NCBI RefSeq assembly: GCF_020745735.1
Contig: NC_083440.1
Span: 31,854,468-31,918,467 of the forward strand
Length of the DNA stretch: 64,000 bases
Direction: 5' to 3'
From: Hemiscyllium ocellatum
Taxonomy: Eukaryota
The position numbers and the translations under genes were made by a program. Below, piece by piece: positions 50,700-64,000 of this stretch. The notes under the pieces were generated by a model. It did not search any database. It worked only from the letters and a program-made list of their open reading frames with translations, and was not told the origin of the DNA. The number at the start of each line of letters is the position of its first letter. The stretch's first letter is position 1.

Positions 50700-51736
50700 C
50701 ACATCCCTTAGACTAACTAACAGGAATTTGGCCAGTGGTCAGGGACAGAAGCGTGTGACTGTGAGTGAGGCAGGTAGAGGGATCCAGGAGATACAGTTGT
50801 AGGAGCCCCCACCCCTGTCCTTGTCCAACAGATTCAAGAGTATTGCTCCCTCTGTGGATGGGAATGGGGATGGCAGGGAGGATGAACTGACTGACTGCAG
50901 CAATGTGGTGCAGGAAGCCGTTCAAGTTGGGGGTGGGGTTGCGGTGAAGAGAAATGTTGCTGTAATTGGGTATAGTATTGTCAGAGGCTGAGAAACTATT
51001 TTCTGTGGCCAGGGTCGAAAATCCCGAAGGATTGTGTTGCTTGCTTGGTGCTCAGGTTCAGGTATCTCATCTGGGCTGCAGAGGAACTTGGAGTGGGAGG
51101 GGCAAGACCCAGCGGTAATGGTCCACATAGATACAAATGATAAAACTGGGGCAGAAGTTCTGCTTAAGGCAGTACTAACAGCTAGGACCTAAATTAGAAA
51201 GCTAAACCAAAAAGGCGATAGTCTCTAGATTACACCCTGAGCCATGAGCTAATTGCCACACAGTCAATAAGATTAAGCAGGTACATGCATGGCTGAAAGA
51301 TTGGTGTGGGAAAAATGGTTGTGAGTTCATGGGACATTGGCATCAGTATTGGAGAAGAAGGGATTGTTCTGATGGGATGGTCTTCATCTGAACCGTGCTG
51401 GGACCAGAGTCCTAGTGAATCGCATAACTATCACTGCAGATAGGGTGTTAAACTCAATTGGGGTGTGGGTGGGTCATGTGGAAGAGAAGGATTTAGTTAC
51501 AGGAGAAATTAGAAATCTCAAACTAAAGGAGGACGTATGGAAAGGGTTAGCAGTCAAACTTCAAGCACACTGGAATTTGAATGACAATAAGAGGAATGGT
51601 TAATACAGGACTAAAGGTGCTACATCTGAATGCATACAGTATAAGAATAAGGTAAACGAGCTTGCCGCGCAGATCAAAATTGGCAGGTTGTGGACATTAT
51701 GGGGATGTGAATGCAAGGGGATCAGGATTGGGAGTT
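50700..51736 (+). mobile_element. Degraded CR1 ORF1 (SGNH esterase-like) and ORF2 start
   Basis: Remnants of VVIGDSIVRG, VVHIGTND and WDGLHLNRAGT-type motifs. Confidence 0.65.
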
Positions 51737-52029
51737 TTTATTGAACAGTTTTATTCACTGCTTGTGGTCCATAGAAGGTGTTTATGAATCTTTTTCAGCA
51801 TCTTGTTGCTAACATTCCCCTCTGCGTCTTGCCGCCACCACTGACCGGCTGTTGAGAGAAAACCGGATCGGCTCCCATCGCCATCATCAGCATCACACAC
51901 ACTCAGAACATGATGCAGAACTGCACAGCCGCATTGGTCCCTGTTATGGGAATAGAGGATGTAAATCACTGTGGGATCTTTTGGGTACCTCTCCTGTCCT
52001 TGCTCACCTTGTTGGATTATGTTGATTTA

Positions 52030-54470
52030 GTTAAAAATCATACAACACCATGCTGCAGTCTAACAGGTTGATTTGGAAGCACTAGCTTTCAGAGCACTGC
52101 TCCTTCATCAGATAGATGTGGAGCAGGATCATAAGACACAGAACTTATAGCAAATGATCTCATAGAACAGAGAACATAGAAAAATACAGCACAGTACAGG
52201 TCCTTCGGCCCTCGATGTTGCGCCGAAGCAAGCCCACCTAACATATACTAGCCCACTTTCCTCCATATGCCTATCCAATGCCCGTTTAAATGCCCATAAA
52301 GAGGGAGAGTCCACCACTGTTACTGGCAGGGCATTCCATGAACTCACGACTCGCTGAGTAAAGAATCTACACCTAACATCTGTCCTATACCTACCACCCC
52401 TTAATTTAAAGCTGTGTCCCCTAGTAACATCTGACTCCATTAGCAGAAAAAGGTTCTCACTGTCAACCCTATCTAAAGCCCTAATCATCTTGTACACCTC
52501 TATCAAGTCACCCCTAAACCTTATTTTCTCCAGTGAAAACAGCCCCAAGTGCCTCAGACTTTCTTCATACGATCTTCCTACCATACCAGGCAACATCCTG
52601 GTAAACCTCCTCTGCACTCGTTCCAGTGCCTCCACATCATTCCGATAGTATGGCGACCAAAACTGCACACAATACTCCAGATGCAGCCACACCAGAGTCT
52701 TATACAACTGCAACATGACCTCAGGACTCTGGAACTCAGGACTCTGGAACTCAATTCCTCTACCAATAAAAGCCAGTACGCCATATGGCTTCTTCACAGC
52801 ACTATTTACCTGGGTGGCAACTTTCAGAGATCTGTGTACATGGACACCAAGATCTCTCTGCTCATCCACACTGCCAAGTATCCAACCATTAGCCCAGTAC
52901 CCCATCTTCTTGTTACTCTTACCAAAGTGAATCACTTCGCACTGAGCTACATTGAACTCTATTTGCCACCTTTCTGCACAGCTCTGCAGCTTATTTATAT
53001 CCCGCTGTAACCTGCCACATCCTTCCTCACTATCAACAACTCCACCGACTTTCGTATCATGCGCAAACTTGCTCACCCAACCTTCTAGCCCCTACTCCAG
53101 GTCATTTATAAAAATGACAAACAGCAATGGTCCCAAAACAGATCCTTGCGGATCACCGCTGGTAACTACACTCCAAGATGAACCTTTACCATCAACTACC
53201 ACCCTCTGTCTTCTTCCAGCCAGACAATTCCTAATCCAAACCTCCAACTCACCCTCAATGCCATATCTCCGTATTTTTTGTAGTAGCCTACCATGGGGAA
53301 ACTTATCAAACGCCTTATTAAACTCCATATCCACCACATCTACTGCTTTACCCTCGTCCACCTCCTTAGTCACCTTCTCAAAGAATGCAATAAGGTTTGT
53401 GAGGCCCAACCTGCCCTTCACAAAATCATGCTGAATATTCTTGATCACATTATTCCTATCCAGGTGTTCATAAATCCTATCCCTTACAATTCTTTCTCAT
53501 CTCAGTGTCATGGAGCTGAAATAATATATTGAACAAACCCAGATTGTTGTTAGAATGGGTTGCAGGTTTTGGCTCATTAAGATGTAAATCCCAGAGCTTC
53601 TTTTAAGTCACATTTTTTAGATAACTTAACGTTTTACAAATAAAGGTGACATCTCAGATCAGATAATGCTTTAAAGCTGAGATTAGTGTCTGTCAGCAAC
53701 CTAATCTTGAACCAGACTTGTTCTATTTCCAAAGTAAGAATTTATAGACTGTTCCATGGATTGACTGCCTGCAGATTGTGTGCTTTTTGAGCAAAATATA
53801 ATATATCTGCAAATACAATTCTACAAATTCAAATTCACTCCATAACATTGTATGTTGTGTGTGTGCTTGAAAGAGACAGTATATGAATGCGTGCATATGA
53901 GAGTGTGCATGAGAGAGATTCTGTTCGTGTATGTGCATGCTTGGTAGAGTGTGTGTGTGTATGTGTGATAGAGTGTAAGCCTGTCAGAGGGTGTGAGTGT
54001 GGGGGATATGTGTGTGTGTGTGTGTGTGTGTATGAGAGAGAATGTGTGTATGAGAGGGTCTGCATGAGTATGTGAATATGTAAGATGCATGTGCATATCT
54101 CTCATACACACAGACATACACCCTTCACATTCACACCTATACACGCACCCTCTCACTGGCTCTCCTCCATCACACTCACACGCACACTCTACCAATCATG
54201 CACACACGCAAACATACTCTCTCTCATGCTCACACATTATCTCTCTCTCTCTGTAAAAACACACACATATAAATCTATTGGGTGTATTTGCATTTGCAGA
54301 ATTGTGTTTGCATATACATTCTGCTTTGAAAATAGAAGGGTTACTTCCTGATGAAGGTCTTATGCCCGAAATGTTGATTCTCTTGCTTCTTGGATGCTGC
54401 CTGACCTGCTGTGCTTTCCAGCAGCACACTCTCGACTCTGATCTCCGTGTCCTCATTTTCTTCTTGGAAA
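52030..54470. mobile_element. PLE-derived element (aaaaatcacacaacacc family) with microsatellite hairpin, split by a CR1 insertion
   Basis: PLE end with hammerhead-like motif at ~52032-52112, body resumes at ~53503. (GT/GA)-rich 53860-54085 is mirrored by (CA/CT)-rich 54085-54270. A second PLE end lies at ~54345-54470. Confidence 0.6.
52161..53498 (-). mobile_element. 5'-truncated CR1 (HER1-like) LINE with possible 4-bp TSD (ATCT)
   Basis: ORFs 53092-53448 and 52129-53076 encode the RT C-terminus. (CATAGAA) tail at 52161. ATCT at 52157-52160 and 53499-53502. Confidence 0.9.
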
Positions 54471-54519
54471 TAGAAGCAGTCTGAGTCAAGATTGGGATAC
54501 AAACCGACTCTAACCTCAC

Positions 54520-55330
54520 AGCTTTACATTGCCGCCTTTGACCTGACAAAGAGCTTTGACACTCTCAACCAAGGAAATGCTATGGAGTGTTCATCTCCAC
54601 ATTGGCCACACCACAAAGTTTTCCACCGTCCTTCGCTTGCTCCACTATGACAAGGAATTCATGGTAATAACAAATTGTTTCACTATCGACCAATTCCCCG
54701 TTTGGGACAGTGTCAAGCAGGGCTGTGTCATTGCCCCAATACTGATGTATCTCGCTGCAATGCTTCACTTCACCATTGGAGTGGGGCTAACCTACAGAAC
54801 CAGCAAGAAACTATTTAACCTCTACTGTCTTCAAATCAAAACCAAAGTCACCCCAACCAGTGTAATCGAGCTGCAGGACATTCATGATGTTTGCATACGT
54901 GCAATTTGAGGATTTCTGCAGACCATTGTCAGCATCTTTACAGTGAGTCTGACAGCATGCATCATACTCTGAACATCCTCAAGTTGAAGGTCCTCCACCA
55001 ACCTGGCCTGGTATTGCGGAGTAAACCCCAATTGTCAAAAGTAAATGTTGGTCTAGCCAATGGTGCCCATGAATGAATGTTAAAAAATATAAAAAGGAAC
55101 CTGGGAATCACTGGCTCAAGACCATACAAAGTGGAGGATGTGCATCGGGAAGGCACCAAGCACCTCGGGGTAAAAGCAGAAGCCAGGTGCAAACAGTGCA
55201 AAGACCAGGCTGTTGGACCAGCACCTCTCCCACCCCCTTCCCTTATTCACCTTTTGCCCCAAGTGTAGTAGAGTCTGTGAAACCACATCGGTTTGTACAG
55301 TGACCTACAGATCACCCTGAGAGTGGAAGA
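54520..55330 (+). mobile_element. Degraded RTE-clade LINE fragment
   Basis: LYIAAFDLTKSFDT, VKQGCVIAPIL..YLAAML, GLTYRTSKKLFNL. Confidence 0.75.
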
Positions 55331-56135
55331 GAGTCATCCTAATCTTCAACCGTCAATGAAATGATGAGATATGAAGATTGTATTCTCTCACAATTATCAG
55401 TGCTTTTGTTATAAATTTCAATAATTCCCTGTTTAATACAGTGTCTAACAATGTAATGTTGTTAGGGGGCCTTAACACTGCCCTTCCACTTCTGTTGTCT
55501 GACACTTATTACTCAGAATTAGCATTCAGACATATTCATAATCGGAGGCTAAATATTTTCTTTGTAATCCCATTGTTATCACTAACTAGTGTGGGTTTAA
55601 TTGCTGCCTCTGTCTGCATCTCCCTTTCCCTCTTGAAGCTACTCCAGATCATGAGCCACGAGTATTCTCCACTTCACAGAGACAAGGCAGCACAGGTCAG
55701 GAATGGAGACTGCGATTTTCAAGATGCCTGTGGACTCAGTACCATTCTACATGTGTAGTCCTCAATGCATCAGTCTAATTCCTGGATCTGTCGATTTCTC
55801 TTTCTCCTGTCGGTACTCAGGATGTTCCTGACTCAGCAGAATTCCCAACTCCTGTGTTGCCCATCACTTCATTGAAGACAATCAATCAGCCAGAAGACAG
55901 AGAGTGACATCTGGAGCCTTCAATAAATACTGAAGTGAGGTAAGATCACTCAGTGAATGGAGCAGGGGGTAGGGGGAATTAGTAGACTTCTAAATGCAGA
56001 CCCAGAAGACAACACATAGATATAGTGCTGGACAAGGAACAGAACAGCAGGATCCTAGGCTTCATTCCCACCATCATGTTAGGGTCCTGCTTTCACTTGT
56101 GCTGTACTGGTCCTCACTGAGATAGCATGGGTAAT

Positions 56136-59100
56136 CATAGAACATAGAAAATTACAGCGCAGTACAGGCCCTTCGGCCCTCGATGTTGCGCCGACCGAAG
56201 CCTACCTAAGTTACACGAGCCCAATAACCTCCATATGCTGATCCAATGCCCGCTTAAATGACCATAAAGAGGGAGAGTCCACCACTGCTACTGGCAGGGC
56301 ATTCCATGAACTCACAACCCGCTGAGTAAAGAATCTACCCCTAACATCTGTCCTATACCTACCACCCCTTAATTTAAAGCTGTGTCCCCTAGTAACAGCT
56401 GACTCCATTAGCAGAAAAAGGTTCTCACTGTCAACCCTATCTAAACCCCTAATCATCTTGTACACCTCTATCAAATCTCCCCTAAACCTTCTTTTCTCCA
56501 ATGAGAACAGCCCCAAGTGCCTCAACCTTTCCTCATACGATCTTCCTACCATGCCAGGCAACATCCTGGTAAACCTCCTCTGCACTCGTTCCAGTTCCTC
56601 CACATTCTTCCTATAGTATGGGGACCAAGATTGCACACAATACTCCAGATGAGGCCGCACCAGAGTCTTATACAACTGCAACATGACCTCAGGACTCCGG
56701 AACTCAATTCCTCTACCAATAAAGCCCAGTACACCATATACCTTCTTCACAGCACTATTTACCTGGGTGGCAACTTTCAGAGATCTGTGTACATGGACAC
56801 CAAGATCCCTCTGCTCATCTACACTACCAAGTAGCCTACCATTAGCCAGTAATCCATCTTCTTGTTACTCCTACCAAAGTGAATTACTTCACACTTAGCT
56901 ACATTGAACTCTATTTGTCACATTTCTGCCCAGCTCTGCAACTTATCTTTATCCTGCTGTAATCTGCCGCATCCTTCGTCGCTGTCCACAACTCCACCGA
57001 CTTTCGTGTCATCCGCAAACTTGCTCACCCAGCTTTCACGCCTCTCCTCTATGTCATTTATAAAAATGACAAACAGCAATGGTCCCAAAACAGATCCTTG
57101 TGGAGCACCGCTAGTAACTGCACTCCAAGATGAACCTTTACCATCAACTACTACCCTCTGTCTCCTTCCAGCCAGCCAATTCCTAATCCAAACCTCTAAT
57201 GCACCCTCAATGCCATACCTCCGTAGTTTTTGCATTAGCCTACCATGGGGTACCTTATCGAAAGCCTTGCTAAAATCCATATACACCACATCTACTGCTT
57301 TACCCTCGTCCACTTCCTTGGTCACCTTCTCAAAGAACTCAATAAGGTTTGTGAGACACGACCTGCCCTTCACAAAACCATGCTGACTATCCTCGATCAC
57401 ATTATTCCTATCCAGATGTTCATAAATCTTATCCCTTACAATTCTCTCTAAGACTTTGCCCACAACAGAAGTGAGACTCACTGGCCCATAGTTACTAGGG
57501 CTATCCCTACTCCCCTTCTTGAACAAGGGGACCACATTCGCTCTCCTCCAGTCTTCTGGCACTATTCCCGTAGACAACGACGACATAAAAATCAAGGCCA
57601 ATGGCTCCGCTATCTCCTCCCTAGCTTCCCAGAGGATCCTAGGATAAATGCCATCAGGCCCAGGGGACTTATCTATTTTCATCCTTTCCAGTATTCCCCA
57701 GACCTCTTCCCTACATACCTCAAGGCCATCCATTCTAATCACTTGTGACTCAATATTCACATCAGCAACAGGGTCCTGTTCCTAAGTGAATACTGACGAA
57801 AAGTATTGATTTAGTGTCTCTCCAATCTCCTCCGCCTCCACGCACAACTTCCCACTACTATCCTTGACTGGACCGATACCTACCTTCGTCATCCTTTTAT
57901 TCTGGACATACCTATAGAAAGCCTTTGGGTTTTCCCTAATCCTACCAACTAAGGACTTTTCATGTCCCCTTCTCGCTGCTCTTAGCTCTCTCTTTAGATC
58001 CTTCCTGGCTACCTTATAACTCTCAATCGCCCCAACTGAACCTTCACGCCTCATCTTTACATAGGCTGCACTCTTCCCTTTCACAAGGGATTCCAATTCC
58101 TTATTAAACCACGGCTCCCTCACAAGACCCTTTACTCCCTGCCTGACAGGTACATACTTATCAAGGACACCCATTAGCTATTCCTTGAACAATCTCCACG
58201 TTTCATTTGTGTTCTCCCCTTGAAGCCTATTTTTCCAATCCACGCATCCTAAGTCATGCCTCACCGCATCATAATTTCCCTGCCCCCAGCTATAACTCTT
58301 GCCCTGCAGTGCACACTTATCCCTCTCCATCACTAGAGTAAAAGTCACCAAGTTGTGGTCACTGTCCCCGAAGTGCTCACCTACGTCCAAGTCTAACACC
58401 TGACCTGGTTCATTACCTAGAACCAAATCCAGTATAGCCTCAGCTCTTGTTGGTCTGTCTATATATTGTGTCAGGAAACCCTCCTGCGCACATTGGACAA
58501 ACACCGACCCATCTAACGAACTCGAGCTACAGCTTTCCCAGTCAATAACTGGGAAGTTAAAGTCCCCCATAACAACCACCCTGCTACTTTCACTCTTCTC
58601 CTGAATCATCCTCGCAATACTTTGCTCTACAGGAGGCCTGTAGAAAACTCCTAACAGGGTGACCTCAACTTTCCTATTTCTAACCTCAGCCCAAACTACC
58701 TCAGATGGCAAGTCTTCCTCCATCGTCCTTTCCACCGCTGTAATACTATCCTTGACAAGCAATGCCACACCTCCCCCTCTTTTACCCCCATCTCTGACCC
58801 TGCTAAAACATTTAAACCCTGGAACCCACAACAGCCATTCCTGTCCCTGTTCTACCCACGTCTCTGTAATGGCCACAACATCGAAGTCCCAGGTACCAAC
58901 CCACGCTGCAACTTCACCTACCTTATTTCTTGTACTTCTGCCATTGAAGTATACACACTTCAAGCCACCTTCCTGTTTACAGGCACCCTCCTTCGAGATC
59001 GATGCCATTTTCCTAACCTCCCTACACTCAAGGTCCTGTACCCTAAAGCTACAGGCCAGGTTCCCATGCCCCTGAAGAGTTAGTTTAAACCCTCCCAAAG

Positions 59101-59973
59101 AGCACTAGCAAACCTCCCCCCAAGGATACTGGTGCCCCTCAGGTTCAGGTGTAGACCATCCTGTTTATAGAGGTCCCACCTTCCCCAGAAAAACCCCAGT
59201 TGTCCAGAAACCGGAATCCCTCCCTCCTGCACCATCCCTGTAGCCACGCATTTAACTGTTCTCTCTCCCTATTCCTCGACTCTCTATCACGTGGCACAGG
59301 TAACAAACCAGAAACAACTACTCTGCTCGTTCTAGCTCTGAGCTTCCAACCTAGCTCCCTGAAAGCCCCTGCCTAACATCCTCACTCCTCTTCCTACGTA
59401 TGTCATTGGTGCCAACGTGGACTACGATCTGGGGTGCTCCCCCTCCCCCTTAAGGACCCGGAAAACACAATCAGAAACATCACGTACCCTTGCACCTGGG
59501 AGGCAACATACCAATTGTGAGTCTCTGTCGCCCCCGCAAAATCACCTATCTGTGCCCCTCACTATTGAGTCCCCAATAACTATCGCTCAACCTTTCTCCA
59601 CCCTTCCCTTCTGAGCAAGGGGGACAGGCTCCGTGCCAGAGGCCTGAACCTCGTTGCTTACCCCTGGTAAGTCATCCCCCCCACAAGTATCCAAAACGGT
59701 ATACTCGTTCTTGAGGGGAATGACCTCAGGGGGTCCCTGCACTGGCTGCTTCCTCCCACTCCCCCTCACTGTCACCCATCTCTCCATAACCTTTGGAGTA
59801 ACTACTTCCCTAAAGCTCTGATCTATGACCACCTCTGCCTCCCGAATGATCCGCAGTTCATCCAACTCCAGCTCCAGTTCCCTAACACGGTCTTGGAGGA
59901 GCTGGAGGTGGGTGCACTTCTTGCAAGTGTAATCAGCAGGGACGCTAATGGCTTTCCTCACCTCATACATGTC
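56136..59973 (-). mobile_element. Near full-length CR1 LINE (ORF1 zinc-knuckle/coiled-coil/esterase; ORF2 endonuclease and RT) with a few disablements
   Basis: ORF1 MYEVRKAISVPADYTCKKCTHLQLLQDRVRELELELDEL. Endonuclease DVVAITETW...MGDFN...LDLV...SDH. RT WRRANVVPLFKKG, DFSKAFDKVPH, SKFADD. ORF2 is broken near 58175, 57780 and 56860-56920. Near-TSD TGGGTA(A/T)TCAT at 56128-56138 and 59974-59984. Confidence 0.93.
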
Positions 59974-59984
59974 TGGGTATTCAT

Positions 59985-61975
59985 CTTTAGTCTCTATATC
60001 CGTCCCTATCTGTGTAATCTTCTCCAGCCTCTACAACCCTCCTTATCTGTGAAAAATTGTTCAGTCTCTTGAGTCATCCCTGCAAGTGTAATCTCTTCCA
60101 GACCAGAAACCCTTTCCGATTTGGGCTTGTTGGGCCGAAAGGCCTGTTTCCACACAGGAGGGACTCTAATTCTTTTTTTGTTACTATGAAAAGCTCCTCC
60201 TCCTCTCATCATCTTTGTCACTTTGCCCTATCACTACAAAAATCTGCCTACCTTAGCGACCTCCTCAGCCTATTAGAAGCCTCTTTGTCTCTGGAGCTCC
60301 TCTCCCTATCACATATTTTAGTCTCGACAATCCTAAAGTCAAAAAGCTCCTTCTATCTCTAAAACACACAACCTCTGTAAACTCTGCCACCCCCGACTAC
60401 TCTCCCAATGCATGTCATCTCCTTCAGTCACTACCAGCCTTTATATCTTCAACCTCCTCCAGACATGACAATACTTTTTATTTCCATAACCTACTTGAGC
60501 TCCTATCATCGTCCCTACGACTGTCACCATGTCCCAACTTCCGTTTCTCTGTAAAATCCTCCCATTCTTAAAGCGTTCAGTATCTCCTCAGATCCTTTGT
60601 GAACACAAATAAGAAGTATTCATTTAAGACCTCACCTTCTTCTTCTGGCTCCTTGTACAGATTGCCCCATTCTTCCTCTGGGAATCCTCTTGTACTATCT
60701 ATACTTATAAAATATGATGTGGCTTTTCCTTAACAGTATTTGCCAAATACATTTTGTGAATGTTGTTTGTACTTAGTTTATAAGAACTCCCTTGCACTAT
60801 TTATACTTTTGAAGGGCTTCACCTGATTGTATTGCACTGTAGTTTCATTATCAAACTTACGATATTGCTTGATTAGAATTCATTGGATTTTCTGCCTTTT
60901 TCATTCACTTCTCACAGAACACATTGGCCCTGAATTCTCACTGTATCACTTCAAAACACTCCCACATTTTGAATATAGTGGTAGTTTCTCTCCCAGTCTG
61001 TTTCCCAGATCCTTTCTAATGATAGTGATAATGTCTAGTGATAGTGGCAATCTAATAATAAGTGGTTTTTGCCAAATTTAGACACTTAACTTCTGCAATA
61101 TCCTTATTCCTTTCCATAATGCCTTTGAAACTTTGAGTTATAATCACTATCCCTAAAAAAAATGCATCAATCCTTATATCTGTCATATTGTCTAGCAGCT
61201 ACAGCCCACCCTGTTTGTCACATCCTCCAGCCCTGACCATCTTCCCCAACTGTGCACCTTCCTCCAACCTCTACAGCAAATCATATCACTGTAACCTTCT
61301 CCAGTCCCAACAGCACTTCACTCCTTCTAACCTTCTACCATGCCTACACACCTCTCCATCCATGTGTGTGACATTCTGAAGCGACTTGATCCTCCTCTGT
61401 CTGTAACCTCATCCACTTTCTGTGATCTTCTCTATCTCTGTGACTTACGCCATCATGACAACACTCTCTAGCCTCCTCCAGTCACTACTAGCCTTTGTAA
61501 CTCTGTAGCCTGCTGTAGCCATCCATGTTAAAACCATCCATGCATCTGTGACATTATCTTGATTGCTGTTACCACTTGCAGTCCCTACAACTGTAATCTA
61601 TGCCAGTCTGAATAATCCTTGGTAATTCTAATAACCTCATACAGTACCTGCAACTCTCAGTATTATGAACTTCATCCATTCTCAATAATTGTTCCTACCT
61701 CTGTAACCATCCCAAACCTCCACAGCCCTCTTATTTGCTGTAATCTTCTCCAATCCCCCTAAAGTACACTATTTATGTGACCTTCTCCTGTTCCTTTTCC
61801 ACGCCCTGACTGTACCTTCCTCCTGTTCTTCTAATCCCTGTTGAACATTATGGCCTCATTCAATCTCAGCAATGTTCTGTATAATCAGGTCTTCCGACAG
61901 TCCCATCAACCATCTCTGTCTCTTGAACATTACCTAGTCCCCTCAACTTTCCGTTTCTCTGTAAACTCCTATAGC
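59985..61975. repeat. Pyrimidine-skewed low-complexity region with internal diverged repeats
   Basis: ttccgtttctctgtaaa at ~60540 and ~61950. cagtcactac(c/t)agccttt at ~60425 and ~61480. Recurrent ctctgtaacc-like words. Confidence 0.5.
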
Positions 61976-61984
61976 TGCTAAACC

Positions 61985-62310
61985 TATGGTGGCTCAGTGG
62001 TTAGCACTGCAACTTCACAGTGCTAGGGACCTGGGTTCAATTCCACCCTTGGGCAACTGTCTGTGTGGAGTTTCCACATTCTCCCCATGTCTGTGCGTAT
62101 TCCTCTCACATTCCAAAGATGGTCAGTTTAAGTGGATTGGCTGTGCTAATTTGCCAGGAGTGTTCAGGGGTGTGTAGGTTAGGTGCAGAAGTCATAGGCA
62201 AATGTAGAGTGATAGGATATGGGAATGGGTCTAAGAAGGTTACTCTATGGAGGGTTGGTGCACATTTCTTGGGCCAAATGGCCTGTTTCTACACTGTAGG
62301 GATTCTATGA
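61985..62310 (+). mobile_element. Older V-type SINE, followed by a PLE terminal fragment (62328-62415)
   Basis: tggtggctcagtggttagcactgc head, gggttcaattcc box B, V-domain. Confidence 0.85.
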
Positions 62311-63299
62311 AAACGCTCATTGCCTAAAGTTAAAAATCACACAACACCACGTTATAGTCCAACAGGTTTAATTGGAAGCACACTAGGTTTCGGAGCGACG
62401 CTCCTTTATCAGGTGAATATAGACTCAACTGAAAGTAGTTTCTCACCCAGTCTGTTTGCCAGAACATGTATGGACCTGTTGTGCTTTCACACTGTAGGTG
62501 TTCTGTCAACCCCTGGGACTCTCTGTTTGACAACACTTCATGGGCCCTTCCATCAACTGTGAAGGTATTGTCCTGTTCCTTGCGCCAAAATGCAACATTT
62601 TGTATTTATCAAAATCAAAGTCCACCTGCCACTCCTCACAAACCATGCATCTGAGCTTCTCTTCAAAATTCTTGACATAAATAACAAACCGCATTGGACC
62701 GCCAATGATTCCTGTATTTGTCATTTGCCTCCAGTCTGAAAAACAACCCTCACTGCTTGCAACATACTCTTCCAGAACAGGCACAGCATCATGACATACA
62801 CTCTGCACTTTCAAATCAGAAACTAAAGCTGCTTGCACTTTGTTACAGCAAAAAAAAGACACTATTACTCTGGGGATAGACAGAAATAAATAAATAATCA
62901 AAAATTGGCTCTCCCTGGAGTCTTCTCCCATGAACCACTCATGGGCAGGTTTTACAGGGGGCCAACATAGAGAATAGAAAATACAGCCAGTGATGTTGGG
63001 CTGAGGATTAATCCTGATATGAAATAACCGAATCTACACACCCATGTGCACAAAAACATAAAAAGAAACTCAATTAAAGCAAAGAAAACAAACAATATAT
63101 GAACAGCTCTAATGAGGAGTCATCTGGACTCTATATCCTAGCTTGCTCTCTCTCTCATGGATACTGTCTGAACTGCAGCATAATCCAGCATTTGGTGTTT
63201 TTAACAAAATAATTAAACCCTCTCTGTTCTGTTGTTATTGAACACTCCTGGGAAAAAGAACAACTATGGTTTGCAATCCAGAGGAAGTACACCTGCTCA

Positions 63300-63990
63300 T
63301 TTCAACTGAAACTAATTTATCACTCACACTGAACCCCATCAAGAGATTTTAGAACAACAACAGTGCTGGTGAAAAATAAACCCCCTCTTTGGCAAAAATG
63401 TGGGCAGCTTGTCGGTGGAGTGGTCCTGCAGCAACGGAGGTTCAGGAGTGTTGTGGTGATGACACAGCTCTGCTCGCCACGAGTTCAAAGGGGAAAATGG
63501 CAGGTGTTGAAGCTATGTGTCATAATGATGACATATATGTCATTGTGGACCAGGAGAAGGGTGGTGACAAATTTCATGCTGTAACTAAAGTGGTGAAGAA
63601 CACTTCAAAAATGCTACCTTATTGAAAGTGTCAAAAGCCTTTGTAAGGTCCAAGAACGCTATATGCAGCAGTGACAATCATGTCCATTGTGCTCCTCTGT
63701 GACAGAAAGCGATACTTAGTCTCCGGGAAGAAATCAGAAAGGTTTTATTGCAGTTAGCAGAGTCTGACACGTTCACATTTTTTGAAAACACTTATAACTG
63801 TGCCATTTTGGGGGCTTTCCAGGGACACTTTCCTCCTTCCAGATAAGGCAGACAAGGGCATGCAGCTACACGGGGAGCTCAGTACCTCCGCACTCAGGGG
63901 GAGTACCACTTGCACCCGCAGTCTCATTCTTAAGATGGAGGACAGTCTTCTTTGTCTCATCTAAGGCTTGGTTACTGCTGAGGTCCTTGC
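63300..63990 (-). mobile_element. Degraded RTE-clade LINE fragment
   Basis: Minus translation LHIAFLDLTKAFDT and QSCVITTTLLNL (VKQGCV-like). Confidence 0.7.
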
Positions 63991-64000
63991 ATGCAACATG

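Noticed and set aside
55821-55939. Exon-like segment with good acceptor and GTAAGA donor on plus
   Set aside because: Stops in all three frames and no partner exons identified. Cannot be supported without RNA data.

Overview
Eukaryotic genomic DNA from a cartilaginous fish; the VH/JH sequences and the HE1-type SINE, CR1 and Penelope repeat content indicate a shark, and the species cannot be determined from the sequence. The window holds the 5' half of one immunoglobulin heavy-chain minicluster on the minus strand: promoter, leader exon 6644-6692, an IgM-type VH exon 6194-6512, and one JH at 5753-5800. The constant exons must lie left of position 1. The VH has no RSS of its own. It is fused in frame to about 19 nt of D-like sequence followed by a 12-bp-spacer RSS, so this appears to be a partially germline-joined V(DD)-J gene needing one more recombination to the 23-RSS JH. 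The ~57 kb upstream contains no other Ig segment I could find. It does contain a candidate B-cell enhancer motif cluster (~15956-16122), a two-exon GPR139-like GPCR pseudogene (35637-40889, minus) and an unexplained ~590-bp inverted duplication. The rest is dense retroelement sequence: CR1 and RTE LINEs, V-type SINEs, and Penelope-like elements (PLEs) with hammerhead-ribozyme motifs, including repeated ~200-bp hairpin PLE insertions with their own target-site duplications (TSDs). Most ORFs in the supplied track are retroelement fragments or their antisense frames. Coordinates of degraded repeats are approximate and no database search was run.
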